Source: Camelus ferus
Lineage: Eukaryota
Assembly: GCF_009834535.1 (NCBI RefSeq)
Contig: NC_045707.1
Coordinates: forward strand, 46,812,001 to 46,876,000
DNA length: 64,000 nt
Reading direction: 5' to 3'
Within the stretch, counting starts at the first letter, position 1, and each line of letters starts with the position of its first letter. Shown in pieces: positions 1 through 13,304 of this stretch. Both the position numbers and the translations under genes were made by a program. Below the pieces are notes generated by a model. That model was not told the DNA's origin and ran no database searches. It saw nothing but the letters and a program-made list of their open reading frames with translations.

Positions 1-727
1 GTACTGAGTGCCTGTTACCAGTTGCAAATAGAGGCTGAAGTTAACATGTCAGGGACACATTTATGAAAGGATCTCAAAAATAACATAGGCTTATCATTAA
101 TAAATATTCTTTTAATCTCCTTGTTAACATTCTGTTTTTTAACCAAAAATTTCTTTTAAAAACATAGACATACTAGGAGCATGTGCATATATGTATGTGT
201 GAAACTGAAAGAAAAGTTTAACAAAACAAAAAATCCTTACCTTTAGTATATGTCATCCTATTTATTTTATTTCAATCCTGATCAGCAACCACTGAATTGA
301 CTCCATGTTCCACTAACCTGTGGCAATACTGTTCTAGTGTACATTCTGCTAATGGCTACTCCCCATTCAATAATTAGCTCACATGTCACCTCCTCAGAGA
401 AGCCTTCCAGGATTCCTCCAAGCATAATCAATCATGCCCTTCTTCAAAGCCTGGCATGAGTGACAGTGAATATACAAGGAAGGAGCAAATCAGGAGAGAA
501 TAGGAGGTGGCACTGGAATGCCTCTCTATGCCACACCTCAGCCCCATGCTGGAGGGGGAGCCCCTCAAGCACAGGGGCTGAGAGGGTCTTCTCACCCCAG
601 ATCAATTTCCTGGGCACCGAGCACTTCCTGGCATATCACGAGTGCTCATTAAGCAACTGTTGAAATAAATCCTTTAGGGAGTTGATGAAAGAGCTGACCC
701 TGAAAACAAATAAAAGAGCCCATCCAT

Positions 728-870
728 CAGAGGCTGCACACTGGGAGCCAATGGACTGAATTTGGCCCACAGACATGTTTCATTTGGCCTGTGTAATTCA
801 AAAAACTACAAAGACAGTATTTGAAAATTGGGAGGTTTCGCAAAATTCCAGATGTATAGCTTTGCTTGTC
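728..870 (+). mobile_element. hAT-Charlie DNA transposon fragment (MER102-like)
   Basis: CAGAGGCTGCACACTGG..GAATTTGGCCCACAGACATGTTTCATTTGGCC..TTTGAAAATTGGGAGGTTTC resembles the recalled MER102 5' part; subfamily not verified. Confidence 0.55.
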
Positions 871-1454
871 AGCTCACCAGAGTCGTCCTCAGGCTGCTAC
901 CACCCTACCCCCACCCCCACAATATCCACTTCTTCCCACAGTGCCCATGAAAGCCTGGGTGCTGGGCTGCCTTCCCACGTCCAGGACCCCTGGGGCCCTG
1001 CAGGTGTGGGATTTGTGATTCCTGCACCAAGCAACGGGAGAGAAGCATGCGGAGTACAACAGCCTGTGTACCTGGGGACTGAATCTCCCAGCTGTCCAGG
1101 TAAGGAAAAAGGACCCTTCTCATTCAAGAAAGCAGACTCCCCCAGGTAGCTGTACTCTTTTCCCAGGGCATCCACCACAGTGCTCTCTGGGAGGATATGA
1201 AAAAAAAAAAGAGTGGAATCATAGGAAATAAAGACCAAAATTAGAACATTTTATTTTTCCTTGTATCCCTTGGCATTGAATAACACCATTTTGCACAGGT
1301 GGGTTTTCAATAAACTTGGAAGTAAGGCTATGGAAAATGTTTTAAATGCTGTGTTGGTCTTAAAATTCCAGTTCTTCAGATATAAAAGTGATGTTTGAAT
1401 ATCTTCCTCCCATGGACACATACTCATGAAAGCCTCAAAACTCTCAATCAAAAT

Positions 1455-2945
1455 TATTCTCAATCAAAATCCCAGCATATTTTTAAAGAGAAATTGACAA
1501 GATGATTCTAAATTTATAAGGAGATGTGAGGGCCAAAATAATTTTGAAAAAAAACACAGTGGAGAAATTACACTACGTGATTACAAGACATAATCTAAAA
1601 CTAAAGAAATGAAGAGAGTGTGATATTAGTAAAATGATACAAAAATTGATCGGTGGAACAGACTGAAGTCCAGAAACGGATCTACACCTTTAAGGACAAC
1701 TGATTTTCAAGAAAGGTACATAGGCAATTCAGTGGAAAAAGGACAGTCTTCCCACCAAGTGATGCTGACACAATTGACTATGTACGTGCACAAAAAATAA
1801 AGAGAAGTTCAATCCATACCTCATGCCATATACAAAAATTAACTCAAAACTGATCACAGACCAAATGAAAAACCTAAAACTACATAAATTCCAGAAGAAA
1901 ATATAGGTGAAAAACATTGGCAACCTTAGCTTAGGAAAAGTTTTCCTAGAAACAATGCCCAAAACATGATCCATATAAGAACAAATTGATAAAGTATATA
2001 TCATCAAAATGAAAAATTTCTGTTCTTTAAAATATACTGTTAAGAGAATGGAAAGACTAACTATAGACTGAAAGAAAATACGTGCAAGTCATACATCTTA
2101 TAAAGGACTTATATACAGTATATGCAAAGAATTCTCTAAGCTTAACAAGAAAACAACTCAATTTGGAAATGGGGAAAGATTTAAACACACATTTCAGTTA
2201 TTAAGATATACAGATGGCAAATGAACACATGAAAAGATGTCCAAAACATTAGTCACTAGAGAAATGCAAATTAAAACCACAATGAGATATCACAATACAC
2301 CTATTAGAATGGTAAAAATTAAGACTGATATACAATGTCAACGAGGATATGGAGGAACCGGAACTCTCATACACTGCTGGTGGGAAACTAAAATGGGACT
2401 TTGGAAAACAGTTTGGCAGTCCCTTAAGAAGTTAAACATACACCTACCATACAATCCAGCCATTCCACTTTTACATGTATACCAAAAAAATGTCCATACA
2501 GCAGCTTTATTTGTAATGGCCAACAACACAGGTGTCCACTAATAGGTGAGTAGAAAAACACACTGTGATATAGCTGTACAATGAAATACTGTTCTATAAT
2601 AAAAAGGAATGAAATACAGTTATACACTTCAATATGAATCAATCTAAAAATAATTATGCAGAGTGAAGAAGCCAGACCAAAAAGAGCACTGTATAACTCC
2701 ATTTGCATACAATTCTAGGAAGTGAAATGATTGTATAATGACGCAGATCGATGTTTGCCTCCGGGATGGGAATTTCAGGAAGAAGGAATTACAAAGGAGT
2801 ACAAGGAAACTTCAGGGGTGATAGATGTGTTCATTATTTGATTGTAGTGATGAGTTCATGGATGTATATGTGTCAAAACTTGTACACTAAGAATATGTGC
2901 AGTTTATTGCATGCCATTTATACCTCAATAAAGTGATTTGTTTTT
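1455..2945 (+). mobile_element. Old LINE-1 (L1M class) 3' fragment: degenerate ORF2 C-terminus plus 3'UTR
   Basis: ORF 2237-2542 reads [44 protein letters not shown] (ORF2 C-terminal region); ends with TATACCTCAATAAAG and an A-rich tail; many stops and frameshifts. Confidence 0.92.
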
Positions 2946-2984
2946 TAAAAGCAAAACAAATAACAAAACAAACCAAACAAAACA

Positions 2985-3265
2985 ACACTCAGCTGTGCTG
3001 TCCCTTCTTGTCCCCTGACCCCGTGTCACTGTGTGACATAGCCCTGCATAGCCCTGCATGCTACCCCAGCACAGCCCTCATCACTGTGTATCGTTTTCAT
3101 CCAATGATTACATTGAGCCATTAAGAAACTGCCAACATCCTACCATTCTGATCTCAAAACTGGCAGCTTCATGTGGCTAAACCTAAGTGGCTGTCAGCTG
3201 TACCTGACGGTGAGTTCTCTGAGGTCCGAGGAAAGCCTGGTCCAGCGATGTTTGCTGAGTGAATG
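2985..3265 (+). mobile_element. L2 3' fragment, interrupted by MADE2
   Basis: Degenerate L2 terminal motif ATGTTTGCTGAGTGAATG at ~3248-3266. Confidence 0.45.
3108..3186. mobile_element. MADE2-like mariner MITE (~80 bp)
   Basis: Imperfect terminal inverted repeats TTACATTGAGCCATTAAGAAACTGCCA / TGGCAGCTTCATGTGGCTAAACCTAA; size matches MADE2. Confidence 0.75.
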
Positions 3266-4589
3266 CCCGGCCACTGCTGTGAAAATCCTTTTCTCTCCAG
3301 CTGCTGGCTCTCTGTAGCTTCAACACAAGCATCTCAGAAAAAGACTCTGGGACCCTGCCCTATGGCCTCACCCCTTCTATCCATTTAAAATCACTCAAAC
3401 ACCCTGTAGGGTAAAAATCTCTTTTTTGCATAATTTTAAAACTTCCCATTTGAAAATGATCCTTCAAAAGCAACAGAAACACACCCCTGGACTGCTGGAA
3501 GCAGAGGATGTAGCTTTGAAAATGTAAAAAAGTGTTAAAACATTTAAAGCAACCATAAATCAAAGCAAAACTCTGATTCCTGACATCTCTCTGAGGAGAA
3601 ATTCCAGAGGCTGCAGTGCTTTAAAATAATATCATGTGCTTGGGCCCCAGCCTTGGCTGCTTCTCCCTTGGAACAACAAAAAGAACCGTGCCAGCTATTA
3701 AAGGCGGTCTTGTTATATAATGCAGTTAATCTCACACACTCTTCCCTATGGGATTTAACCCAAGTTTCACAGTGGTCTACTTTATTTAGCATTGATAGTT
3801 TTATTCATTTCTTATTAAAGAGATTTTTCCACAAAATTGGCTGCTTTCTCAGCCTTGGCTTGAGAAGGACGAATATCTGAATTAAAAATCTGTGCAACAG
3901 ATGGACCTCAGTTACAAAGAATCTCTCTGGCTTCAGAAGTTCCTCACAGAGGCAGGTGTCAAGGGTGTTAATAAGTTCCTGGCTTTCAGATTTTCCTGAA
4001 GACAGTTGAGCCCTTCCCTTTATGCACCCTGCAGGCAAAACAGAAAACAAAAGCACAGAGCTCTGCAAATACTTGTCAGATTCTGGGGATGTATTTGCCT
4101 CACTTTCTGTTCATTTACAAGGAACTGTACTTTTACTAATGGGGAAAACAATCCCATCAGGCAGATTTGAGGAGGAAGGAGAGGGGGCCAGTGGAACTGC
4201 TGCCACGCCCGCCCTCCTGTGTGGGTGGGGTCCGGGCAGTGAAGGGTCTGGGAGGTCAGGCACTGGACATCCTGTTTACCACTCCGTGGTGCGCGGCTCC
4301 TTCTTTACCAGGGTGGGCTGGGGAAGGGCGCGTGGAAGGGGTTCTCTTGGCCTCCTGCAGCTGTTCCTTAACCAGCCCCTAAATTTCCCCTCCTAGCTAC
4401 TGCACGGGTAACAGAGATGAGAAGCAAGATAAGTCATTCCTCCTGCACTGTATGACTCACGTGACAGATGCCCTGCTCCAAAGCTTACAAATAGTTTCAA
4501 ACACAGCCCTTTTTGGTTTCAGAAAGTTCTCACTTATGTGTGTTCCTCCATGTGTCGTTTAAAGCAAGGAGAAGGGAAGACAAAAGAAA

Positions 4590-4762
4590 CATTTTTACTC
4601 CTAATGCCATCACCGTGAGATAGGTATGATCACCATATTCTTTTTACAAGGAGGGCATTAATATTAGAAGAAACTGAATGACTTGGCGCAGATCACTCAG
4701 CCACAGAACTGACAGCCTGGTTTCAAACCCAGGTCCGTCTGCCTCTGGAGTCTGGGCTCTTC
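4590..4762 (-). mobile_element. MIR SINE
   Basis: Reverse MIR core: GTGAGATAGGTA..TGACTTGG..TTCAAACCCAGGTCCGTCTGCCTCTGGAGTCTGGGCTCTT. Confidence 0.7.
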
Positions 4763-7700
4763 CTGTGGGTCTCTCTACGCTCTCTCGCCTCTGTCTGATT
4801 AGATGAGTGTCAACAAATCCCTTGAGAGAGAAAGAGGATTACTGGGCAGTAATTTTGTGCTGATTCAAATACAGTTCCCAAACTGTATGGATACCCAGAA
4901 ACACCTACTGAATGGTTGAGCCTGGAGCCAATATGGAAAGAAGTTGCCTGCAGAGAAGAACTTACTCATTTTACAGACTGAAATTTGGGAGTAGGTGCAC
5001 TTTAATAAATATCAACAATAAAAACTTATTTTCATGATTGACTTAAAACAAGATCCTTGTAAATCCACACCTGTAATGTCTACCTTACTGAAAAGATTAA
5101 TGTGAGCAATTAATTAATGAAAAGACAGATGGGTTCAAAGGGAGCACAAGTGTCATGTGCTCTTACCTCCTCCCTCCCCTCCCCATTGTGCTCCACTTTG
5201 TCTACTGGCAGTTTCACTGCCTGCTGGTCAGTCACATTCCGTGGACAGAAGAGCCACAGGAGATGCAGACACCAGAACCAGCATCTAAAATTTTGGTAGA
5301 TGAATACCACTCAGCAGAAGGCTAGGTTTTTGGTTATGACACGTCATTCTAAAATATTCTTCCGTGTTAACGCAATAGTTCCATTAAATAAACTCAACTC
5401 TGACAAACACACTCAAAGTTTTTTTGAATTTCCTTCTCCAGCAGCAAGGTACTTCTTTAAAAAGGAAAGAAAGAAGCAACAACAACAGAAAGCCACATGT
5501 AATATTCTTTTAGCCTACTTACTGGCAGCATTTGGTGCGTGTATGTTTCAAAAAGCATAGAAGCAGCTTTTATGGTTAGAAAATTGAAGTGCTATCAAAC
5601 CTAGGAAATTACAGGGATGAAAAACAAACAGCTTATCTACATACGTCCCATCTGCTTTTGGTTTTATGTTTTGCACAATCAATGACTGGAAGCCTTGGAA
5701 AGTATGCAGAGACACCACAGGCGGAGACCCCCGTGGTGTGTCCTAACAGCGGCTGGAGGTGAGGGTGATGCCGCCACAGAGCTAGCACCAAAACTCAGAC
5801 TCGCAAGACAGTTTTCAGGGACCAGCAATGCAGAATATTACAAATGAAACACAACATGCACCAAACTGGAGCGCCAGTGTTTTGGAACATGGTTAAAAAA
5901 AAGCAAATTTCCATTCACTGGGGAAACACCATTGATTTCTTTACCTTTCACTTTGTTCTCACAACTCAGCATATTTACTACAGAGAGCAGTTGTGCCTAA
6001 GCTGCTTCCACTGTGGACTCTCTGCTGTTGGTAATCTCCCAGATTTGAGCAGCTGGGTTTTTACGATGGGACCCCTTCACAGCTCAGTCTCCTTGGGCCA
6101 CTCCATTCTGGCAGCCCTACTTCTTTCCCCTCTGACAATTCCCCACCCCACCCCCACCCCCTCCATTACCTACTGCAAGACTCTCCCTGCACTTTCAGCA
6201 CAATCATTATCTCCACTTCTGCATGAACCACAGGCAAGAAAAAAGACCTTACTTTTAAAAAGAGCAAGTCAGACAAAGATGAGAATAGCAATGGATTCAC
6301 ACTTCAGATGAATAAAGTAAATGCCTGAACTGAAGAGATGCTATAATGAATGAGCATTCTTTGGCTAAAAGAAGTTGGTGGCAGAGAATTTTTAAAAGAA
6401 AAGGAAAAAAGCTTTCTATGCTTGTTGATGCAACCAATTAACAGAAATACATCACTAGTGGAAGTAATTTTAGTCTGAATTTTGAAAACTAATTTTATTT
6501 AAGGAAAGGGAGTAGAGGTGGATGATGATAGTTATTGATTCATTACTCACTCTTTTGGTATACTCTTCAAGGGGGGAAAACAGATAAAAAGTCCCAGGGA
6601 TTCTGGAAATGAGATCAACAACGTGAGCCTACTCTTAAATGAGTACTTTTCATTTGCATAAATCACCATGTTCATTAGTCTGCTGTTGTAAGGAGATGAC
6701 AATCTATAAGATCATAAATCTGACTTCCATTGTTGAGCAATGACTCAGAGATCTGAAAGAGAGGACTTGATTTCTACATCTATGTCTAGAGGAAAGTATT
6801 TGTCTTCCTGATAAAATATTCTAATTACAAGTGGCTTAATCAAAAGAGAGTATTAATATATGCAAAAGTTCTTAGATACATCTGAATACAGATTTTAAAA
6901 AGTACCATCAGGAATCATTAAACATTTTTATACTTCAATGTGAAATAAAAAAGGGAATCATATAATAGAGACACAGCCCCAAAAGGGAATTCGTGTAACA
7001 CTGACCACTCCCATGGGTTGCCTTTGGGAATCCATCCTGTCACTCCTTTTCCTCCTCATAGACAGCCTGCCTTTCTACAGCTTATGGAAGAAGCCCAGAG
7101 TTGACATGAGATGAAGCCTTGAGAAGTTCATGACTTGGAGCAGTCCTGCCTCTCAGCTTCATGGCACTGATTCATTGTGGTACAAAGAGGAGGCAGTATC
7201 CAGGAGGGCCTGGTGGTTGTCAAGGGTAATTTCCCTATGGCATGATGTGGGGTGCCTTCTCCAGAGAACACAGGAAGATGATTTCCATCTGACTCAAGGC
7301 TCTGTGGCTGTGCTTCATTCCAGTTCCTCTTGATTGGTCAAAGCCATTGTTTGCCAAGGTAAATTGCAAATTTCCCTTTTTGCAGTGATTGACCTGTCCA
7401 CAGTCATTCTGAGGGTGTGACAGTGGGGTATCGGGCACAGAGCCCAAGATTTGCTCTCCAGTCCTTTTCCAGTCACTGACTCATTGCCGTGTACATCTCG
7501 ATTTCACATCCCTGAAAAGGTGGCAACCCAGCTGGCTCCCTACCTTTCCGTAATACCACAAGGAAGAGACTGTGCCCTTCTGGAAGGATGTTCAGATCTT
7601 ATTTTCCCTGTCATTTTTCAATCCTTCCCATTTTTTTTTTTTCTAATCTGGGCTAGAGTCTCATGCAAAGTAGGTGATATTCACAGAACACCATCTCAAT

Positions 7701-8699
7701 CCTCCAGACTGTATGTTCTAATTTTCATGTGGCCACAGATATAAGCAAGACAACTAAAGGGCATGTTGGTTAGCAATCAGCAGGAAGAATAATCAACAAA
7801 GTTCACGGTGTGTTTCCCTTCAGTCTTTAACTGAGAGGCAGCTGTGATTCAGTAGAGAACACAGAAGCCATGAGCAGCTCATGATCCATGAGACGGTTCA
7901 TGATCCAGTACAAGACCTGGATACTGATGCACTACCTTTCTTCCCCATCTGTAAAGTGGAGGAGCTGGAAGAACTTAGAGGCTCCAAATGCAGTTGTCTT
8001 CCCAAGGCTTGGGTGGGAATGAACATGAAATAAAGTATAAACTATGGGGAGTGGGGGCTGAGAACCAGAGTGTGCATGCCCCAGCTGGAGGGCAGCTCTG
8101 CTCAGCACCAGCCAACTGCCACGCAAGGAAGGAGGAGGGTCCATTGTCTCTACATCTTCTAATATCTGAGGAGAAGCCAAGAATCTATCCTTTAGTGAAA
8201 TCTTGATTTTAAAGTGTCAATTGATTAAAAAATTTATTAAATGAGTGAGCCAAACAAAATGTGTCTGCAGACTGACCACAGCCTGGAGGTGTTTCGTCTG
8301 TGGCCTTGGCTCTAGGTGGATGTCTCGCCCATCTCTTTAAGGGCTCATGTTCTGTGATCTACTCCAGAGCTAGTTTATACAGCAACATCTCCTACCTGAC
8401 TAGTGACTATTAATATAATTAACATATTAGTATGATGGATAGTAATATATCACTGTAGATGACAGGATAGAGTTCAGATCTGAGTCAGAGCTTAAGGGCA
8501 AAAGGAAGCCATGAAACAATGGGGAAAGGGTGATACTGGAGAAAAGTGTGACATGGTCCAATCCTCTGCTGGAGAATGAACTGGAGAGAAGGGCCACTGC
8601 ACACGGTGGAGCAGGTGTTGAAGCACAAGGGTATCAGCCAAGTAGACAAGTGAGGGGTGAGATCTGGCCCCAGTCTGCTCATGAAGGCCTGGCCCAGGG

Positions 8700-9170
8700 C
8701 TGCATCTCCTTATACGGGCAGTGTACTCTTCAACACCAAGGTGTCCTGTAGGCTTTCTGGCCCTGGGGCGGAGGTAAGGCAGGAAGGTCAGTTAGAAAGT
8801 CATTGCAGGGGAGAGATGATGATGGCTTGGACTAGGAGAGAGGCAGTGGCTATGGAGAATAGTAGATGGACTCCAGAGATACTGAAGAGGGTGGAATGGA
8901 CATCTTTGGGTGACTGATTAAATCTGGAGACGGGGGAGGCAGGGATCAAAGGTAACTGCCAAGTTTCTATCTTGGGTGACTAGATGGCTGGTTTTGCCAC
9001 TTGTGGCATTGAAATGGAGAAGGCTGAGGGAGGAGCAGGTAGAAGCAGGATCCAGAGATGAGTTCTGAACAAGCTAAGCATGACACACCTGGGAGATTTC
9101 TAAGTAGAAATATCATCGAGGTGACTAGATCTGCAGAACTCAAATGGGACTGGATTGGAGAATAAATCCA
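8700..9170 (-). mobile_element. L2 fragment
   Basis: Purine-rich antisense-L2 motifs GAGAGATGATGATGGCTTGGACTAGG and GGGATCAAAGGTAACTGCCAAGTTTCT. Confidence 0.7.
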
Positions 9171-9324
9171 TTTAAACGCTAGAGTTGTCTTTGTTCACTA
9201 TTTTTCAAAGTCCCCATGCTGGTAACTCTAATAATTAAAGAAGTTAATCTATATATTAAAGTAGGTTTTCCATCCCTGATCCTGGTTTGGTTACCTGGTA
9301 CAACTCCCTAGCTCCCTGCCTTCC

Positions 9325-9565
9325 TATGCATAGTAGCCAATACTTACATGGTGCTTACCTTGTCAGGCACTGTTACAAGTGCTCACCATGTATTAACCTG
9401 CTCAATTCTCACAAAAGCCCTATATGATAGGGGTAATATTATCCTCACTTTCTTAAGTTAGGAAACTGAGGCACAGAGAGGTGAAGAAACTTGCCAAAAA
9501 TTACACACGTCAGAAGTGCCTTAACCAGAATTTGAACTGGGGCCATCTGGATTTGAACCAACATG
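9325..9565 (-). mobile_element. MIR SINE
   Basis: AGGAAACTGAGGCACAGAGAGGTGAAGAAACTTGCC core. Confidence 0.85.
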
Positions 9566-12377
9566 CACTAAGTTCCATCACCTCTTCAAACATTTGAGAT
9601 GATGTTCACAGTTTCTTTCAGTCTCCCCTCTTCCACACTAACTGCCCCTCACTTGAACTGGCTTCTAGATCCCTCATTAGCTTTATTTTCCTCACATGAA
9701 CTGGCTGCTTCCAGACACCCCACCCTCTGATTAGCTACTTTTCTGCTCTTGAATGACCAAAGTTTGCTGGTTTGGAACATGTGTATGAATGATTCTTCTC
9801 TTCTGGACGAAAGGCAGGAAGCAGGCCCTGTGTTTATTCCTTCTGAATCCTTTACAAAGCTGCCAAGAGCACACACACAGAGCAAGCCCTCATATAGGGA
9901 CACAGCCAGACCAAGTAGGGATAATAGGTCTGCCCATGTGAATAACAGGAGTTGGCTGGGAATATACTTTTATCTGTCACAATTCTAATGAAGGGAAAAG
10001 GCCTTATTTTGTGGCTAGAAATGCCAACAAAATGAATTGGCGAATTGTTCCTTCTTGCTGCAGACTTTGTCCAGAACTGTCTCCAGGATGCAGCACTGAA
10101 GCAGGAAGGCACCTTACTTGGCTGCACCACACGATGACTGGCCTTGTATGGCACGGCTACTCTGGGGCCAGGCCGCCTCTCCCAATGTTTTTGATCCTGC
10201 TCTTTCTCTGGGATATTTTTCTGGGGCAGGTTGCTGCTCCCTTCAAGACAGTGGGGCACAGCCCCCTGTATCTCTCACTCTATGGTTTTCCTTCCTGTTC
10301 TGTTCCCCAAAGCTTAGGAAGGGTCAGGGCATACCCACCATCTGCTCCCTGCCAGGGACCTGGGTACCCTCCTTTCTACTGTCCCTGGGTAGTTCTTGGT
10401 TCACTCCAAGCCCTGCCTACACAGCTTCCTCTCTGGAAAGTGTAGATCTTTTTAACTCAGCAAATTCCTGCACACTTGTCCTCCCAACTGGCCTCTGCCA
10501 TTCCCACTGCTCACATGTCTCCCCATCTCCCTTCCCCTGTTAACATGTCAAGCAAAAACTGGTCCAGGAGTGCAGCCTAACCAGAAGACAAAAGTCACCT
10601 GGCCTGTGCAGCAGGAACACCCCTTTCAGGAAATGGAGGTCTCAGACAGTCCAACTTCGGAAGAATTTGGTTATTAATAAGGGTTGCCTCTAGGGAGGGG
10701 GCTAAGGAGCGAGGGTGGGCGAAGCCGAGAAGGGAGGCTGACCTTTTTCACTAGATGCCCTTTTGTATCAGAACTACAAATACTTAATTCTTCAAAAATA
10801 ACCTAACTCTCCTAGTTCTGATTCCAGATGTGTTAACACAAACTTCTGATAAAACTCTGGTTCCTCACACAAGGTTTTTCTCAGGGAGAAAAACATGCTG
10901 ACCTGTGAACATGAATATTTGTGTCTTAGGAAGGTTTTTTTTTTTTTTTCAACACATTTATAAATGGGTGTCGTGATCTCGAAGACTGATTATCATGAAT
11001 CAGTCTCTCCCATCTCCTTCCCAGCCTGTTCCGCTCGGGTCCACAAATCCTTTGGTCTGTGAAGCAGAGGAACAGACCCAAAGAGGGGGGACCCTGGCGA
11101 GGCACAGCCCATCTGCAAGGCCCTGCTGAGTGGCTAGACAGCTGGCTCCCTTCTGGTCTTGGGGAGCAGCTTTTCTTCTATGAAAGGCTAAGGCGGCAGC
11201 AGCAGCTCCCTGTCTCCCAGGAGACGACAGGCAAATTGCATCCCTGATTGGTTGAATAATGACCTGATGTAAGCTGAATGACACACGTTCCTAGCTTAAG
11301 CTTCCTTAAGAAGGAATCCAAGCCAGCAAGTGGCAAACCAGTTTGAAGACCACAGATAGTGGATTAGAAGCCCCCAACTTGTCTTATGATGAGGTGCTCC
11401 TCACCTGTAGCATGTTTGTGGTGAAGAGGTGAGGGGAGGAGGATAAGATGTCATGGAAAAGAAAGATGAATAAGAAGGGGCAGGAAGACTTGTGCCAAGA
11501 AATAAAATTCTGCTAGCCCACCATAAAGAATGGAATGATGACAGCTACTGGGATGTGGAATAAGTTACTTGCCGTCTTCTGCCTCTTGAGAATGATAACT
11601 ATAGCATCTACTCCAAATGGTTGTCCCACTGATTCAGCAGGGTGATGTTTGTAAAGTACTTTGCCCAGTCAGGCTCCACATTCTCTGCCCCTGTCCAGCC
11701 TCCACACACCACACACACATCCCTGAACATAGCTCACAGGGATATTGAAAACACATTTCAAATACCTCAGAGGAACTGTTGGGAAGACCTGGCTGAAAGC
11801 TGCAGTCTCTTGAAGGACCAGGTCCAAGGTTCTGATGAACCTCCTTCCAAATCAGTAGACAGTAATATGGACAGGGAAGGACCCTGGGAAATCATGTGGC
11901 CCAATACTCTTTGTATGTGCTTTCCCTAAAGGAGCTAAATGAGAAGATGAAGAGAGAATGAGAAAAAAAAAAAAAAAAGAATTACTTAAAAAAATAGTAA
12001 ATTTGTGACATTCTATTGCAAAGTTCTGTAGTGCTGAGCCCTCTAATTCCTGGCACTCAAGCACTTCTCCAAATCCAGCTCTCTCCTTTCAGATCATTTG
12101 TCTTCCCTTCTGGGGCTGTCACCCTAGCACACTAAACTGTGCGAGTAAGACTTATTAGAAACCACCAGTATTTCCAAAGCCTTTGACTCCTGTGCAGGGA
12201 GTGGGTGGGGTAAACTCCATCCCACACCACCATTCTCCATCCATTGTCATTTCCCAGGATGGGGGCATCCTCTGGAATGGGAGGCACTGCATGTAGTGAC
12301 AGAAGTTATAGATGAGAGTCCCTGGATAGGTGAACTGGGTCGGGGCAGAGAAAGGGCTGAAAGCCATTTCGCTAGAG

Positions 12378-12712
12378 TTGCACTGTCCAACATGGTACCA
12401 CTAGCCACGTGTGGCTGTTGAGCATCTAAAACGAGCCTCATACAAATTGAAGTATACTTTAAGTGTGAAGTACACAACAGATTTTGAAGACTGTGTGTGA
12501 AAAAAGTGTAGAATACCTCATTGATAATTGTTTGCTATTCCTTTCATGTTGTACTGATGATACTTTGGATATATTGGATTAAATGAAATACATCATTTAG
12601 ACTAATTTCACAGGTTCTTTTTACTTTTTAAAAAGATGGCTACTAGAAAATATAAACTACATATAAGGCCGACACTGTGGCTTGCATTATATTTCCATCT
12701 GAGAACACAGCT
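12378..12712 (-). mobile_element. MER33-like hAT-Charlie non-autonomous DNA transposon
   Basis: GCACTGTCCAACATGGTACCACTAGCCACGTGTGGCTGTTGAGCA..TGGCTACTAGAAAAT..GTGGCTTGCATTATATTTC; ~330 bp. Confidence 0.8.
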
Positions 12713-13304
12713 GTGGACTCAGCTCTCGGTGCTCTTTTCCTTCTCACTGCTGCCATTCTCACAGTCAGTCCTTACCCTGCAAGTGACTGAGCGGCGATAC
12801 TGATGGGGAGCTAACTAGCTACTCCTGGGCTTTTGCTGCTCTGGAAAAACTAAGCAGAGAGTAAACTAAAATCACGTCCTTCTGGTTGATGATGCTCCTC
12901 CCACCCCACTCTCCTCCAGTGATCACAGCCAGAAACATTTTGGGCCTCAGACTCTGGAGCACCAGGCACAGAAAATGAATTGGTCTTCAAAGCAATGGTA
13001 GGTTCTAAATGCAGCTGAGCTACTAACCAGCTATGGGATTTTCTATTTTTGATTTTTTGGCGTATTTATCATCTTGGCTGCCAGACTGAAGTCTCTTTGA
13101 AGACAGGGATCATATTTTTGCCCACTGCACCCAGCTACGTACCCAAAGCTCTAGGAGACATTCAATAAATAATTGTAGAATGCAATACATGAAAGTCTTA
13201 ATGGGCTTCAGTTTACTCACCTGTAAAAATGAAGGCATCAAACTAAATAATCTCATAGGCTAACAGCATATTAAAGCTAAAAGGGATCTTAGGATCCTCA
13301 GGCC

